From: an uncultured delta proteobacterium | Lineage (GTDB): Bacteria; Myxococcota_A; UBA9160; UBA4427 | Assembly (NCBI GenBank): GCA_963822965.1 | Contig: CAWGJT010000011.1 | Span: forward strand, 32,001-96,000 | Length of the DNA: 64,000 nucleotides | Direction: 5' to 3' | Shown: positions 19,626 to 29,264 of the stretch, piece after piece | Numbering within the stretch: position 1 is the first letter of the stretch | How the letters are laid out: every line of letters begins with the position of its first letter | Program-made: the position numbers and the translations under genes | The notes under the pieces: generated by a model | The model's input: the letters and a program-made list of their open reading frames with translations, nothing else | Told to the model about the DNA's origin: nothing | The model's database searches: none

Positions 19626-20739
19626 GGGACGGGGCGTAGAACTCGAAGTCGACCAGGTTCGCTTCCATGTGCGTCCGCAGGTCCCGCAGCAGGCGGGCCT
19701 CGAGCTGCCGCACCCGCTCCCGCGAGACACCGAACTCGCGGCCGAGGTCCGCCAGGGTGAGGGGCTCGTCGGCGAGGAGACGTTCGCGCAGGATGCGCTG
19801 GTCTCGGGGCGAGAGCTTCTCCGCGAACTGCTCGACCTTCTCCATGAACACCCGTTGGATCTCGGCGCTGGCGACGTCCTGCTCGGCGCTGGCACCGGGC
19901 GTCGCGACGTTGTCGCCGAAGGTCGTGCCCCCCGGCTCCTCCCGGCGCGCAGGCATGTCCATGGAGAGGTCCGGCCGCGCCAGACGGGCCTCCATGTCCA
20001 GCACGTCCTCCTCGCTCACGTCCAGCCGCTCGGCCAGGAGCTTCGGCTCCACCTCGAAGCCCTCGCGCTCGAGCTGTCGCTTCTCCTTGTTGAGCCGGAA
20101 GAAGAGCTTGCGCTGGGCGCGAGTCGTCCCCATGCGGACGCTCCGCATGTTGTCGAGGATGTACTTGAGGATGTAGGCGCGGATCCAGTAGACCGCGTAC
20201 GACGAGAGCTTGACGCCGAGGTAGGGGTCGTAGCGCTGGACCGCCTCCAGCAACCCGACGTTTCCCTCCTGGATGAGATCGAGGGTGTTGGCCCAGGCGC
20301 GCCGATACTCCATCGCGATCTTCACGACCAGGCGCAGGTTCGAGAGCACCAGCCGCTTGGCGGCGTCGACGTCGCCTTCCTCGACCCAGCGCACGGCGAG
20401 GGCGTGCTCCTCCTCGCGGCTGATGGGCGCGTGATGGCGCAGCTGCGCCATGTAGCGGGTGAGGGCGGAGACCGTTCCCTGCTCGCCCGCTGCGTGGACC
20501 GCGGGCAGGGTAGGCGCCACGGGGACGGGCAGCGACGACGCTTCGTCGTCGGCGCCGGCCGCGTCGTCGGCGTCTTCGTCGAGCTCGTCGGGCTCCGGCG
20601 CCTCGGCGACGAGGGCGTCCGAGCCCGGATCCGCGAGCGCCGCAACGGCCGCGTCTTCCGACTCCCCGTCTTCCTCGGTGCCCGGGGCCGTCGTCTCGGG
20701 GGCCGGTGGGCGGCTGTGATCGCGCTTGCGACTGCTCAC
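19618..20739 (-). CDS. rpoH: Sigma-70 family factor, RpoH (sigma32)-like
   Basis: LSNLRLVVKIA, DLIQEGNVGL, RpoH-box-like TTRAQRKLFFRL, VSRERVRQLE. Confidence 0.85.
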   Translation of the reverse strand: MSSRKRDHSRPPAPETTAPGTEEDGESEDAAVAALADPGSDALVAEAPEPDELDEDADDAAGADDEASSLPVPVAPTLPAVHAAGEQGTVSALTRYMAQLRHHAPISREEEHALAVRWVEEGDVDAAKRLVLSNLRLVVKIAMEYRRAWANTLDLIQEGNVGLLEAVQRYDPYLGVKLSSYAVYWIRAYILKYILDNMRSVRMGTTRAQRKLFFRLNKEKRQLEREGFEVEPKLLAERLDVSEEDVLDMEARLARPDLSMDMPARREEPGGTTFGDNVATPGASAEQDVASAEIQRVFMEKVEQFAEKLSPRDQRILRERLLADEPLTLADLGREFGVSRERVRQLEARLLRDLRTHMEANLVDFEFYAPSHE

Positions 20740-20947
20740 TCGCGATCCTCACTGCCGGTATCGCTCGGGGGCCGGCGTCGCTCCGACGGTAGCAGACGCG
20801 TCCGGTCGATCTCCGTCGTGGCAGCCCCCGGAATGCAGCGGGGCCGACTCGCGAGCGAGCCGGCCCCGGACGTCCTGCCATGCCCGAGCGGGCTGGACGC
20901 CGCGGCCTGCTGCGGCCGCGGCACCTCCTGCTCGAGGCTGCGGATTC

Positions 20948-21340
20948 CTACTGCTTGAGGCTGCGGATGTACGCGATCAGCTCCTGGATCTGCGCGTCGG
21001 TGAGGGTCGGGTTCGGCATCATCATCGCCGAGCCGCCGTACGCCGCCGCGCCGTTCTTGATCACCAGAGCGAGGTCCGCGTCGGTTCCGGCCTTCCCGTC
21101 CTTGTTCGCATCGAACTTGAACTCGCCCTTGGTGTAGTTGCGGGGCTTCGGGTCGAGGGCCGCCGCGACCGGGCCGTCTCCCTTGCCGTCCATTCCGTGG
21201 CAGGAGTTGCAGTTCGTCTTGATGTAGACCTCGCGGCCTTCGGAGACCGCGTCGTCGGCCAGGGCGCTGCTCGCCGCGAGGGCGAAGCCGAACGTCACGG
21301 CCAGGGCGCTGAGGGAAATCGTCACGAGCTTGCGGGACAT
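20948..21340 (-). CDS. Periplasmic monoheme cytochrome c
   Basis: AGAGGAGG RBS, signal peptide, CNSCH heme motif, GDGP...PRNYT, distal Met (AMMMP). Confidence 0.92.
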   Translation of the reverse strand: MSRKLVTISLSALAVTFGFALAASSALADDAVSEGREVYIKTNCNSCHGMDGKGDGPVAAALDPKPRNYTKGEFKFDANKDGKAGTDADLALVIKNGAAAYGGSAMMMPNPTLTDAQIQELIAYIRSLKQ

Positions 21341-21511
21341 GTCGTCCTCCTCTTGTTCCTTCTCTCTCTTGGCGGCTCTGTGCCTGCGTTCCTTGCGGTC
21401 GCTCTCGCTCTCGTCGAGCGCCGGTTCGATTCCGCGGCGATGCGGGCGGTTCTGGATTCGCCGAGGCGCCGGCGAGCGTCCAGATCGTGGGGGCGGCCAG
21501 GATGCGGGCAG

Positions 21512-21540
21512 AACCTAGAGAGGGGTTCCGGCAGCGTCAA
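21512..21540 (-). promoter_or_regulatory. Putative sigma70 promoter of the cytochrome c gene
   Basis: TTGACG-N17-TAGGTT on the minus strand. Confidence 0.5.
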
Positions 21541-21615
21541 TTCGGTGCACTACTTCGTTGCACCCCGCGGAGATCCGACGTCCGCTTCGGCGCGCACCCG
21601 CCTCGGCGGCGCTGC

Positions 21616-21642
21616 GGGGCTGCAACCCTGCGTTGCAGCCCC
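21616..21642 (-). terminator. Hairpin directly downstream of pepA
   Basis: Perfect 11-bp stem GGGGCTGCAAC-cctgc-GTTGCAGCCCC, no clear U-tract. Confidence 0.45.
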
Positions 21643-21655
21643 CAAGGGCCCGGTC

Positions 21656-23182
21656 CTACCAGCCGCGCAGCATCTGGAGCAGCAACCGGACGCCCACGCC
21701 GGTGCCTCCGCGGATCTGGTACGGATGGGGATCGCTCGTCCACCCGGTGCCGGCGATGTCGAGGTGCACCCACGGCGTGTCACCCACGAAGTGGGCGAGG
21801 AACGCGGCGGCCGTCGAGGCGCCGGCGTTGCGACCCGCCGAGTTCTTGACGTCGGCGATCGCGCTCTTCACGGCCTTCCGGTGCTCGTCGAAGAGCGGCA
21901 GGGGCCAGGCTCGCTCCCCGCACGCTTCCCCGGCCTGGCGCACACGCTCCGCCAGGGACTCGTCGTTGCCGAAGAGCCCGGACGCCCAGGGACCGAGCGC
22001 CACCAGGCAGGCTCCCGTCAGGGTGGCGAGATCGATCATCGCGTCGGGCTCGAACGCGGTGCGCGCGTAGTGCAGGGTGTCCGAGAGCACCACCCGGCCC
22101 TCGGCATCGGTGTTCACGATCTCGATGGTCTTGCCGGCGCTGGTGCGCACCACGTCGCCCGGGCGGTAGGCCGTGCCGCTGGGAAGGTTCTCGGCCGCGC
22201 CGATCACGCCGACCACGTGCAGCGGCAGCTCGAGCTGGGCGACGGCCTGCATCGTCCCGATCACGGCGGCCGCTCCGCTCATGTCGTGCTTCATCTCCTC
22301 CATGCCCTGGCTGGGCTTGATCGAGATGCCGCCCGAGTCGAAGGTGACTCCCTTGCCCACGAGACAGATGGTGGGCGGCTTCCGGCGCGCGCGTTTGGGC
22401 GGGCGGTGCTCCAGCACGATCAAGCGCGGCGGCCGGGCGCTGCCGCCGCCGACGGCCAGGATGCCGCCCATCTCGCGCCGTTCGAGCTCCGGCACGCTCA
22501 TCACGTGGCAGCGCAGCCCCACCTGGCGCGCGACCCGCCTCGCCTCGCTCGCGAGCTTCGCCGGCGGGAGCTCGTTGCCGGGCTGGTTGGACAGATCGCG
22601 GGCGAGGTTCTGGCCTTCGGCGGCGATCCGCCCGATCCGGGCGGCGCGGCGTGCGGAGGCCAGGGCGTCGGGATCGCTGCAGAAGAGGTTGAGAGACCGC
22701 ACGCTGCCCGGGTCGTCTTCGCTGAGCTCGCGGTAGTCGTCGAAGCGGTAGCTGCCGAGCACGCCGCCCTCGGCCGCGGCCTGGGCCGCCGCGTCGGCGT
22801 CGATCCCGCGCAGCTTTGGCAGCCACAGCGAGATGCGCTTGCCCCGGCCCCGGCCGCCCCGGCGGACGGCCTCCCCGGCCGCGCGTCGGATGGTGTCGGT
22901 CGTCACCTTGTCCTCTGCGCCGAGGCCGATCAGCAGCACGCGCTTCACGGAGCTTTCCGCGTCCTTCGGCGGGTAGAGGAGGGCGGTCTGGCCGGCGCCC
23001 GCGCGGAAGTCCCCGCTGGCGACGGCAGCCGCTACGAGCCCGCCGAGGGCGCGGTCCATGCGGCGCAGGGCGGCCGGGATGCGGGGCGGCGCGTCCTTGT
23101 CCCGGGCCGGGCGCACGAGGGGCAGGGCGAGCAGCTCGGCGCTGCCGGCGGTGGGATCGCTGGTACGGACACTCACCTGCAT
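21656..23182 (-). CDS. pepA: Leucyl aminopeptidase (M17)
   Basis: LVGKGVTFDSGGISIKP, MKHDMSGAA, NTDAEGR, DLATLTGA, HLDIAG. Confidence 0.96.
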   Translation of the reverse strand: MQVSVRTSDPTAGSAELLALPLVRPARDKDAPPRIPAALRRMDRALGGLVAAAVASGDFRAGAGQTALLYPPKDAESSVKRVLLIGLGAEDKVTTDTIRRAAGEAVRRGGRGRGKRISLWLPKLRGIDADAAAQAAAEGGVLGSYRFDDYRELSEDDPGSVRSLNLFCSDPDALASARRAARIGRIAAEGQNLARDLSNQPGNELPPAKLASEARRVARQVGLRCHVMSVPELERREMGGILAVGGGSARPPRLIVLEHRPPKRARRKPPTICLVGKGVTFDSGGISIKPSQGMEEMKHDMSGAAAVIGTMQAVAQLELPLHVVGVIGAAENLPSGTAYRPGDVVRTSAGKTIEIVNTDAEGRVVLSDTLHYARTAFEPDAMIDLATLTGACLVALGPWASGLFGNDESLAERVRQAGEACGERAWPLPLFDEHRKAVKSAIADVKNSAGRNAGASTAAAFLAHFVGDTPWVHLDIAGTGWTSDPHPYQIRGGTGVGVRLLLQMLRGW

Positions 23183-23332
23183 CGGGGCCTTCCTTGGCTC
23201 TCGTGATCGGGCGCCGAATCGCCCGGGATTTGTGCCGCCGGTGGACGTTTCGCCGCGAGCAGAGCGCGATCCGGGCCCCGCGAGGGGGAAGCGCTATGCT
23301 CGTCCACCGCGTACGTCAAGGGGGGGGCTTAC

Positions 23333-24004
23333 GTGGGGTTCGACATCTTTGCCCTGATCTGGGGGGCGGGCTTGCTCGTCAAGCTCGTGCTCCTCGTGTT
23401 GGTGGTCATGTCAGCCACCTCGTGGGCGATCATCGTCTTCAAGTGGCGCGAGCTCTCCGGTGCGCTGGAGGATAGCGAGGCGTTTCTCGAGGTCTATCAC
23501 GAGAAGCCCATCGACTCCGCCTACGCCGCTGCCCGGGACCTCGATCGCAGCCCGATCGCGATGATCTTCCTGGCCACCTGCGCGGAGCTCAAGCCCGGCA
23601 CCCTCGGCGCGGACGGGGTGGCCAGCGGTGAGCAACGACGCATCGCCAAGCGCCTGTCCTGGATGGCGGCGAGCGAAGGGCACCGTCTCGAACGGGGGCT
23701 CTCCTTCCTGGCCACCACCGGCAGCTCGGCGCCCTTCATCGGCCTCTTCGGGACGGTCGTCGGCATCATCCAGGCCTTCCACGGCATCGCGGCGGCGGGG
23801 AGCGCGAGTCTCGCGGTGGTGGCCCCGGGCATCGCCGAAGCCCTGATCGCCACCGCGGTCGGCCTGTTGGCCGCAATCCCCGCGTCGATCTTCTTCAACG
23901 TATTCGCCGCGCGCATCGACGAGCTCCGGGCCTCCATCGAGCTCTTCGACGAGGAGTTCACCGAGGACCTGGCACGTCTCGGGGCCGGAGGCGGGCGCGG
24001 CTGA
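23333..24004 (+). CDS. tolQ: TolQ (MotA/TolQ/ExbB family)
   Basis: FLATTGSSAPFIGLFGTVVGI, VAPGIAEALIATAVGLLAAIPA. Confidence 0.92.
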   Translation: MGFDIFALIWGAGLLVKLVLLVLVVMSATSWAIIVFKWRELSGALEDSEAFLEVYHEKPIDSAYAAARDLDRSPIAMIFLATCAELKPGTLGADGVASGEQRRIAKRLSWMAASEGHRLERGLSFLATTGSSAPFIGLFGTVVGIIQAFHGIAAAGSASLAVVAPGIAEALIATAVGLLAAIPASIFFNVFAARIDELRASIELFDEEFTEDLARLGAGGGRG

Positions 24005-24417
24005 TGGGAGCATCCGCCTCGAGGAGCGGGAGGCGCCGGGCGATGTCCGACATCAACGTCACGCCGTTCGTCGACGTGATGCTGGTGCTGCTCATCATCT
24101 TCATGGTGACGGCGCCCCTGATGCAGCAGGGCATCGACGTCGATCTGCCCGAGACCACCACCCAGCCGATCCGGGTCACGAACGATCCGTTGATCCTGTC
24201 GGTGAAGGCGGATGGAACGTACTTCGTCGGCCGGACGCAGGTGAAGGTGGAGGAGCTGGCGGCGAAGCTCGAGGCGATCTTCGAGGCCCGCGGCTCGGAC
24301 GAGATGTTCCTGCGAGCGGACAAGAAGGCCGCCTACGGTGTGGTCGTGCAGGCGATGGCGGCAGCCCGGAAGGCGGGGTCGAAGCAGCTCGGGATCGTGA
24401 CCGAGCCGGAGCGTTGA
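24004..24417 (+). CDS. tolR: TolR/ExbD
   Basis: SDINVTPFVDVMLVLLIIFMVTAP, LRADK. Confidence 0.93.
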   Translation: MGASASRSGRRRAMSDINVTPFVDVMLVLLIIFMVTAPLMQQGIDVDLPETTTQPIRVTNDPLILSVKADGTYFVGRTQVKVEELAAKLEAIFEARGSDEMFLRADKKAAYGVVVQAMAAARKAGSKQLGIVTEPER

Positions 24418-24424
24418 CCCGCTC

Positions 24425-25192
24425 ATGGTCGGCGCCTCCGAGTGGCTCGCCGAGCAGCACGCCGCCGATGAGCGGCGCTTCACCCACGGCCTGGTGGGCT
24501 CGTTCGTCGTGCACGTGCTCGTGCTCGCGGTGCTCGCCTTCTCGCCGAGCCCGAGTCCGATGCCCCTGACCGACGTGCTGAACGTCGACCTGGTGGCGGC
24601 CGTGCCCGCGGCGCCGGCCGCCAAGGCCCCCCCGCGCGCGGCGCCGAAGCCCGCGCCCCCGGCTCCCGCCGCGGTGGCGCCGCCCAAGCCCACCCCGAAG
24701 GAGGTGGTGCTGCCCAAGGAGGCGCCTCGGGCGGTCCCGAAGAAGCCCGTCGCACGGCCCGCGCGCCGGCCCGAGCCCGTCCAGTACGATGACGCCCTGT
24801 CCCAGCTCCGCCAGGAGCTGGGAGAGTCGACCCCGGCGGCCCCTCCGACCGAGGACGTCTCGGACGAGGCCCTGGAGGCCACCACGGCCCCCGCTGCGTC
24901 TTCCCGGGGCACGGTCGACAAGGAGCTGGCGGCCTGGGTCCTGGCCACCAAGCGGCACGTGCGTCGGCGCTACATCACCCCGCCGGAATTCCTGAACCGT
25001 TCCCTCGCCACCGGCATCGAGGTCAGGCTGACGAGCAACGGGGCGCTCGTCGGTCCGCCGCGCGTGGTGCGGCCCTCGGGTGATCCGTTCTTCGACGACA
25101 ACGCCGTGCGCGCCGTGCTCGCGTCCGCGCCGCTGCCCGCCCCGCCCAGTGCCGGAACCTGGACTTTCGTGTTCACCTCGGAGGAGAAATGA
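24425..25192 (+). CDS. tolA: TolA/TonB-like protein
   Basis: N-terminal TM with SxxxH, Pro/Ala/Lys-rich linker, C-terminal SGDPFFDDNAVRAV. Confidence 0.82.
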   Translation: MVGASEWLAEQHAADERRFTHGLVGSFVVHVLVLAVLAFSPSPSPMPLTDVLNVDLVAAVPAAPAAKAPPRAAPKPAPPAPAAVAPPKPTPKEVVLPKEAPRAVPKKPVARPARRPEPVQYDDALSQLRQELGESTPAAPPTEDVSDEALEATTAPAASSRGTVDKELAAWVLATKRHVRRRYITPPEFLNRSLATGIEVRLTSNGALVGPPRVVRPSGDPFFDDNAVRAVLASAPLPAPPSAGTWTFVFTSEEK

Positions 25193-26523
25193 AGACGCGG
25201 GCTCGTTGCGGATGCATGCTCCTCCTGGCCCTGGCGCTCGGATCGCTTCGAGCCTTCGCCGAGGACCGGCCGATCATCGAGATCACCCCCGGCAAGGAGC
25301 GCGCCTTCCGCGTCGCGGTGCAGGTGTTCCGCGACGATCTCCAGCCCGCCCGTCCGGAACGGGCCGCGAAGCTGCTCGAATCGATCGAGCAGGGTCTCGA
25401 TTTCAACGGCGTGCTGCTGCCGCTCTCCCGGGAGGCCTTTCTCGGGCCCCAGATCACCACCGAGCTCGCTGGCGGGCGCCGCTACGACTGCGCCGACTGG
25501 ACCCAGAGCGGCGCCAACGCCCTCGTCGAGGGCGTCATCGCCGGAGGCGGTGGCGAGGTCGAGGTCTCCTATCGGGTGTGGGACACGGCGCGCTGCGTCC
25601 GCCTGCTGCGCGGACGGCTCGCGCGTCCGGAGAGCGAGCTGCACCGCCTGGGCGCGGCGCTCGCCGACGACGTGGTGAAGGCCTTCACCGGCACCCGGGG
25701 CGCCGCCGATACGGAGATTGCCTTCATCTCGACGCGCACGGGACACCGCGAGGTGTACGTGATGGACGCCGACGGCCGGAATGCCCGGGCCGCGACGCGC
25801 AACCAGTCCATCAAGGCTTTCCCCGAATGGCTGCCGGGGGGAGAGGGCATCCTCTACACGACCTACCTGAAGGGCGGGCTGCCGGACGTGTTCGTGACGT
25901 CGCGCGGACGCACGGCGGCCGGCCGCATCGTGAAGGACGTGATGCCGGGCGTGCCGAAGTACCGGGGCGTCTTCTCGCCGGACGGCGACGACCTGGCCCT
26001 CGTGGCGAGCCCGCAAGGGGTGACCGACATCTTCCGGGTCGGTCGCGACGGTCGCAAGATCCTGCGGCTCACGAACAACGGGGACGTGATCGACGTCGCG
26101 CCGTCGTGGTCACCCGACGGCAAGCAGATCGCCTTCGTCTCCGATCGCGCCGGAACGCCGCAGATCTACATCATGGGTCGCGACGGGGGGGAGGCGCGCC
26201 GCATCACGTATCAGAGCAGCTACAGCGCGACGCCGGCGTGGTCCCCGGACGGCCGGTGGATCGCCTACGGGGTGCGGGCGGCGGGCCAGTTCGATCTCTA
26301 CCTCATCGATCCCACCGGCGAGATCAACGTGCCCCTCGTCGTGCACCGTCGCAACGACCAGTATCCGAGCTGGTCGCCCGACGGACGCAAGGTCATCTTC
26401 AGCTCGGATCGCCGCGGCCACGCCGACCTCTACATGATCGACGTGAACAGTCGCCGGGTGCAGCGGCTGACCGAGGGCCAGAAGGACAACATCGCGCCGG
26501 CATGGGGACCGTTCCCGAAGTGA
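25189..26523 (+). CDS. tolB: TolB
   Basis: TolB N-domain plus PD40 repeats (PSWSPDGKQIAFVSDRAG, PAWSPDG). Operon position. Confidence 0.92.
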   Translation: MKTRARCGCMLLLALALGSLRAFAEDRPIIEITPGKERAFRVAVQVFRDDLQPARPERAAKLLESIEQGLDFNGVLLPLSREAFLGPQITTELAGGRRYDCADWTQSGANALVEGVIAGGGGEVEVSYRVWDTARCVRLLRGRLARPESELHRLGAALADDVVKAFTGTRGAADTEIAFISTRTGHREVYVMDADGRNARAATRNQSIKAFPEWLPGGEGILYTTYLKGGLPDVFVTSRGRTAAGRIVKDVMPGVPKYRGVFSPDGDDLALVASPQGVTDIFRVGRDGRKILRLTNNGDVIDVAPSWSPDGKQIAFVSDRAGTPQIYIMGRDGGEARRITYQSSYSATPAWSPDGRWIAYGVRAAGQFDLYLIDPTGEINVPLVVHRRNDQYPSWSPDGRKVIFSSDRRGHADLYMIDVNSRRVQRLTEGQKDNIAPAWGPFPK

Positions 26524-26557
26524 TCGATTGCTAGACTGCCGGCGGGGAGGTGAGAGG

Positions 26558-27388
26558 ATGCACGAGGAATCCGGTTCCGACGGTCGATGGGTGAGGGAGG
26601 TGCGGCCCCCGCGGGCCGTGTCGCTCCTGCTTCTTTGCTCCCTGGGGCTCGCGCTCTCCTCCTCCTGGGGATGCGTGACGGTCGCCGAGCATCGCAAGCT
26701 GGAGCGCCGCGTCATGGACATGCAGCGCAGCCAGGGGACGAACCCGGCGCGCCAGCAGCTGGCCGACGTGGTGGCCGAGATCGACGAGCTCAAGAGCCAG
26801 CTGCGCGACCTGAGCGGCCGGCTCGAGGAGGTGCAGCAGCTCGCCCAGCAAGGCCTGGACGAGGCCCGCAAGGCCCGCCGGGAGGCGGCCGCGAGCGTGA
26901 AGCCCGGTGCCTCCACGGGCGCCGGGGCCGCGGGCGTGGCGGGCGCGACGGATCCGGACATCGAAGGGGCGGTCGCCGACGCCCAGGCCGACGCCGCGCT
27001 CTCCGCCGAGCTGCAGTCCTACCAGGCCGGTCTCGCCGCCTGGCGCAGCAAGGATTATCCCGCCTGCATTGACCGGTTCCGGTCCTTTCTGCAAACTTAC
27101 GCGTCCTCTTCACGGGCGGACGATGCCGCATTCTGGATCGCCGACTGTCATTACAAGCAGGGAGAGTTCAAGAACGCCGTCCTCCGGTTCGATGACGTGG
27201 TCCGGAATTACCCGACCGGAAATCGAGCACCGGACGCGCTGTACCGCCAGGGCGAGTCGCTGCTCAAGCTCGGTCCCGGCTTCCACGAAGCGGCCCGGCG
27301 GGCGTTCGAGAGAGTGCTGAAGGAGTACCCGGATTCCGCCCGGGCCGCGGAGGCCCGAAAGCAGCTCGAAGTCCATGCCGCGGGCTGA
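26558..27388 (+). CDS. cpoB: Tol-Pal coordinator CpoB/YbgF (coiled coil + TPR), with lipobox-like Cys
   Basis: SWGC, coiled coil, ADDAAFWIADCHY, NYPTGNRAPDALY, KEYPDS. Confidence 0.85.
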   Translation: MHEESGSDGRWVREVRPPRAVSLLLLCSLGLALSSSWGCVTVAEHRKLERRVMDMQRSQGTNPARQQLADVVAEIDELKSQLRDLSGRLEEVQQLAQQGLDEARKARREAAASVKPGASTGAGAAGVAGATDPDIEGAVADAQADAALSAELQSYQAGLAAWRSKDYPACIDRFRSFLQTYASSSRADDAAFWIADCHYKQGEFKNAVLRFDDVVRNYPTGNRAPDALYRQGESLLKLGPGFHEAARRAFERVLKEYPDSARAAEARKQLEVHAAG

Positions 27389-27533
27389 CCGGCCGACACG
27401 GCGCGGGCGGGCCGAGCGGTAGACCCGGGGCGGCGGATGGACCCACCAGTCGGACAGCCAGTGCCGTCAGAGCAGACGGATCGGACACAGAGCGACCGGA
27501 ACGGTCGGACGGTGAAAAGGACGGGGTGAAGCG

Positions 27534-27899
27534 TTGAAGAAGCGCGAGATGATGAAGTTCAAGAAGATCCTCGAGGAGCAGCGCGACGAGTTGCTCGCCA
27601 ACACCCGTCGAACACTCGCTGGCGACATCCACCTGGATCCCGACGACTTTCCCGACGAGATCGACACGGCGTCCTCCGAGCAGAACCTGGCCTTCCAGGG
27701 GCGGCTCCGCGAGCGCGAGCGCGGGCTGCTCGCCAAGATCCTGCAGGCCCTGCGGAAGATCGAGGACGGCGTCTACGGCGAGTGCGAGGCCTGTGGCGAA
27801 GCCATCGGCATCAAGCGCATCGAAGCGCGGCCGGTCGCCGAGCTCTGCATCGACTGCAAGGCCGAGCAGGAGCAGCTCGAGCGCCGCGAGGGCGGCTGA
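27534..27899 (+). CDS. dksA: DksA/TraR C4-type zinc finger protein
   Basis: PDEIDTAS (DxxDxA), YGECEACGEAI...RIEARPVAELCIDCK. Confidence 0.92.
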   Translation: MKKREMMKFKKILEEQRDELLANTRRTLAGDIHLDPDDFPDEIDTASSEQNLAFQGRLRERERGLLAKILQALRKIEDGVYGECEACGEAIGIKRIEARPVAELCIDCKAEQEQLERREGG

Positions 27900-27975
27900 G
27901 CGCCGGATCGCCGTCTTTCCGAAGAGCGCCGGATCGCCGTCTTTCCGAAGAGCGCCGGATCGCCGTCTTTCCGAA
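27898..27975. repeat. Perfect 3 x 26-bp tandem repeat GAGCGCCGGATCGCCGTCTTTCCGAA
   Basis: Units at 27898, 27924 and 27950, between dksA and tsaD. Confidence 0.95.
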
Positions 27976-28006
27976 GAAGGGACCGCGCCGCGAATGGGAT
28001 GCCGCC

Positions 28007-29065
28007 ATGAACACGCCCCGCTTCGCGCACGTTCTCGGCATCGAGAGCTCGTGCGACGAGATGGCCGCGGCCGTGGTGCGCGACGGCCGCCAGATCCTGG
28101 CGAGCGTCGTCCACGGCCAGGCCGAGGTGCACCGTCCCTACGGCGGCGTGGTCCCCGAGCTGGCTTCCCGGGACCACGTGCGCGCGGTGTCGTGGGTGGT
28201 CGAGCGCGCGCTGGCCGATGCGGGCGTGTCCCTCGAGCAGCTGGACGGCGTGGCGGTGACCGCCGGCCCCGGCCTGATGGGATCGCTGCTGGTGGGTCTG
28301 TCCTTCGGCAAGGCGCTGGCCTGGCGGCTGGGGCTTCCGGTGGTCGGCGTCCACCACCTGGTCGGTCACCTGCTCTCCGCCGAGCTGGCCCGTGCGGATC
28401 TCGAGCCGCCCTATGTCGGTCTGGTGGTCTCCGGGGGACACACCGCCCTGTACCGGATCGGTGACGGCGCCCCGGAGCTGCTGGGCGAGACCCGGGACGA
28501 CGCGGTGGGCGAGGCGTTCGACAAGGTGGCGGTGCTGCTCGGCCTCGGGTTTCCCGGCGGTCCGGCGGTGTCGGCGGCGGCGGCCGAGGGCGATCCAGGC
28601 GCGGTGTCGTTCCCGCGCCCGATGCTGAAGCAGCCCGGGCTCGACTTCTCGTACAGCGGGCTCAAGACGGCGGTGGCCGTCGAGGTGGAGCGTCGTGGGG
28701 GAGCTGCTGCGCTGTCCCCGTCGGAGGTCGCCGACCTCGCGGCGTCCTTCGAGGCGGCGGCCACGGACGTCCTCGTGCTGCGGGCGCGCAAGGCGCTCCG
28801 TCGGGAGAAGCTCGGACGGGTGGCCGTGGTGGGCGGAGTGGCCGCCAACCGGCGCCTGCGCGAGGAGATGGCGCGCGTCGGGCGACGCGAAGGCTTCGAG
28901 GCCGTCTTTCCGCCTCCGGCCCTGTGCACCGACAACGCCGCCATGATCGCGGCGGCCGGGTGCCGCCTGCTCGAGCGGGGCGTGCGCGACGCGCTCGACC
29001 TGGGCGCCTTCTCTCGCGCCCCGATTCCGGCAGCCTCGTCTCCCGTCGCGCCGGTCGCCGGCTAG
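28007..29065 (+). CDS. tsaD: tRNA N6-adenosine threonylcarbamoyltransferase TsaD
   Basis: LGIESSCDE, YGGVVPELASRDH, HHLVGH, SGGHT, DDAVGEAFDK, TDNAAMIA. Confidence 0.96.
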   Translation: MNTPRFAHVLGIESSCDEMAAAVVRDGRQILASVVHGQAEVHRPYGGVVPELASRDHVRAVSWVVERALADAGVSLEQLDGVAVTAGPGLMGSLLVGLSFGKALAWRLGLPVVGVHHLVGHLLSAELARADLEPPYVGLVVSGGHTALYRIGDGAPELLGETRDDAVGEAFDKVAVLLGLGFPGGPAVSAAAAEGDPGAVSFPRPMLKQPGLDFSYSGLKTAVAVEVERRGGAAALSPSEVADLAASFEAAATDVLVLRARKALRREKLGRVAVVGGVAANRRLREEMARVGRREGFEAVFPPPALCTDNAAMIAAAGCRLLERGVRDALDLGAFSRAPIPAASSPVAPVAG

Positions 29066-29258
29066 TGTCCCGTCCCAGAAGTTCGCTTGCATTCGGCCGC
29101 CCCCGCGGCCCGCTGTCTGCGTTGCGCTCCCGTCGCCGTAGCGCGGCGATGCCTCGGTCGCGCGCCTTGGCGGCGGGCCGCGGAAGCGCCCTCGGTGCAT
29201 GCCGAGACGGATCGAAGGCGCGTCGACCTCGACAGCGAACTTCTGGAACGGGACGCTA
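29063..29258. mobile_element. MITE-like element (about 192 bp between TA dinucleotides) with terminal inverted repeats
   Basis: TAGTGTCCCGTCCCAGAAGTTCGCT (29063-29087) is the reverse complement of AGCGAACTTCTGGAACGGGACGCTA (29234-29258) at 23/25 positions. Nested internal inverted repeat, no transposase. Confidence 0.78.
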
Positions 29259-29264
29259 ACCCCG

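Noticed and set aside
27898..27977. CRISPR array
   Set aside because: Units are head-to-tail with no spacers.
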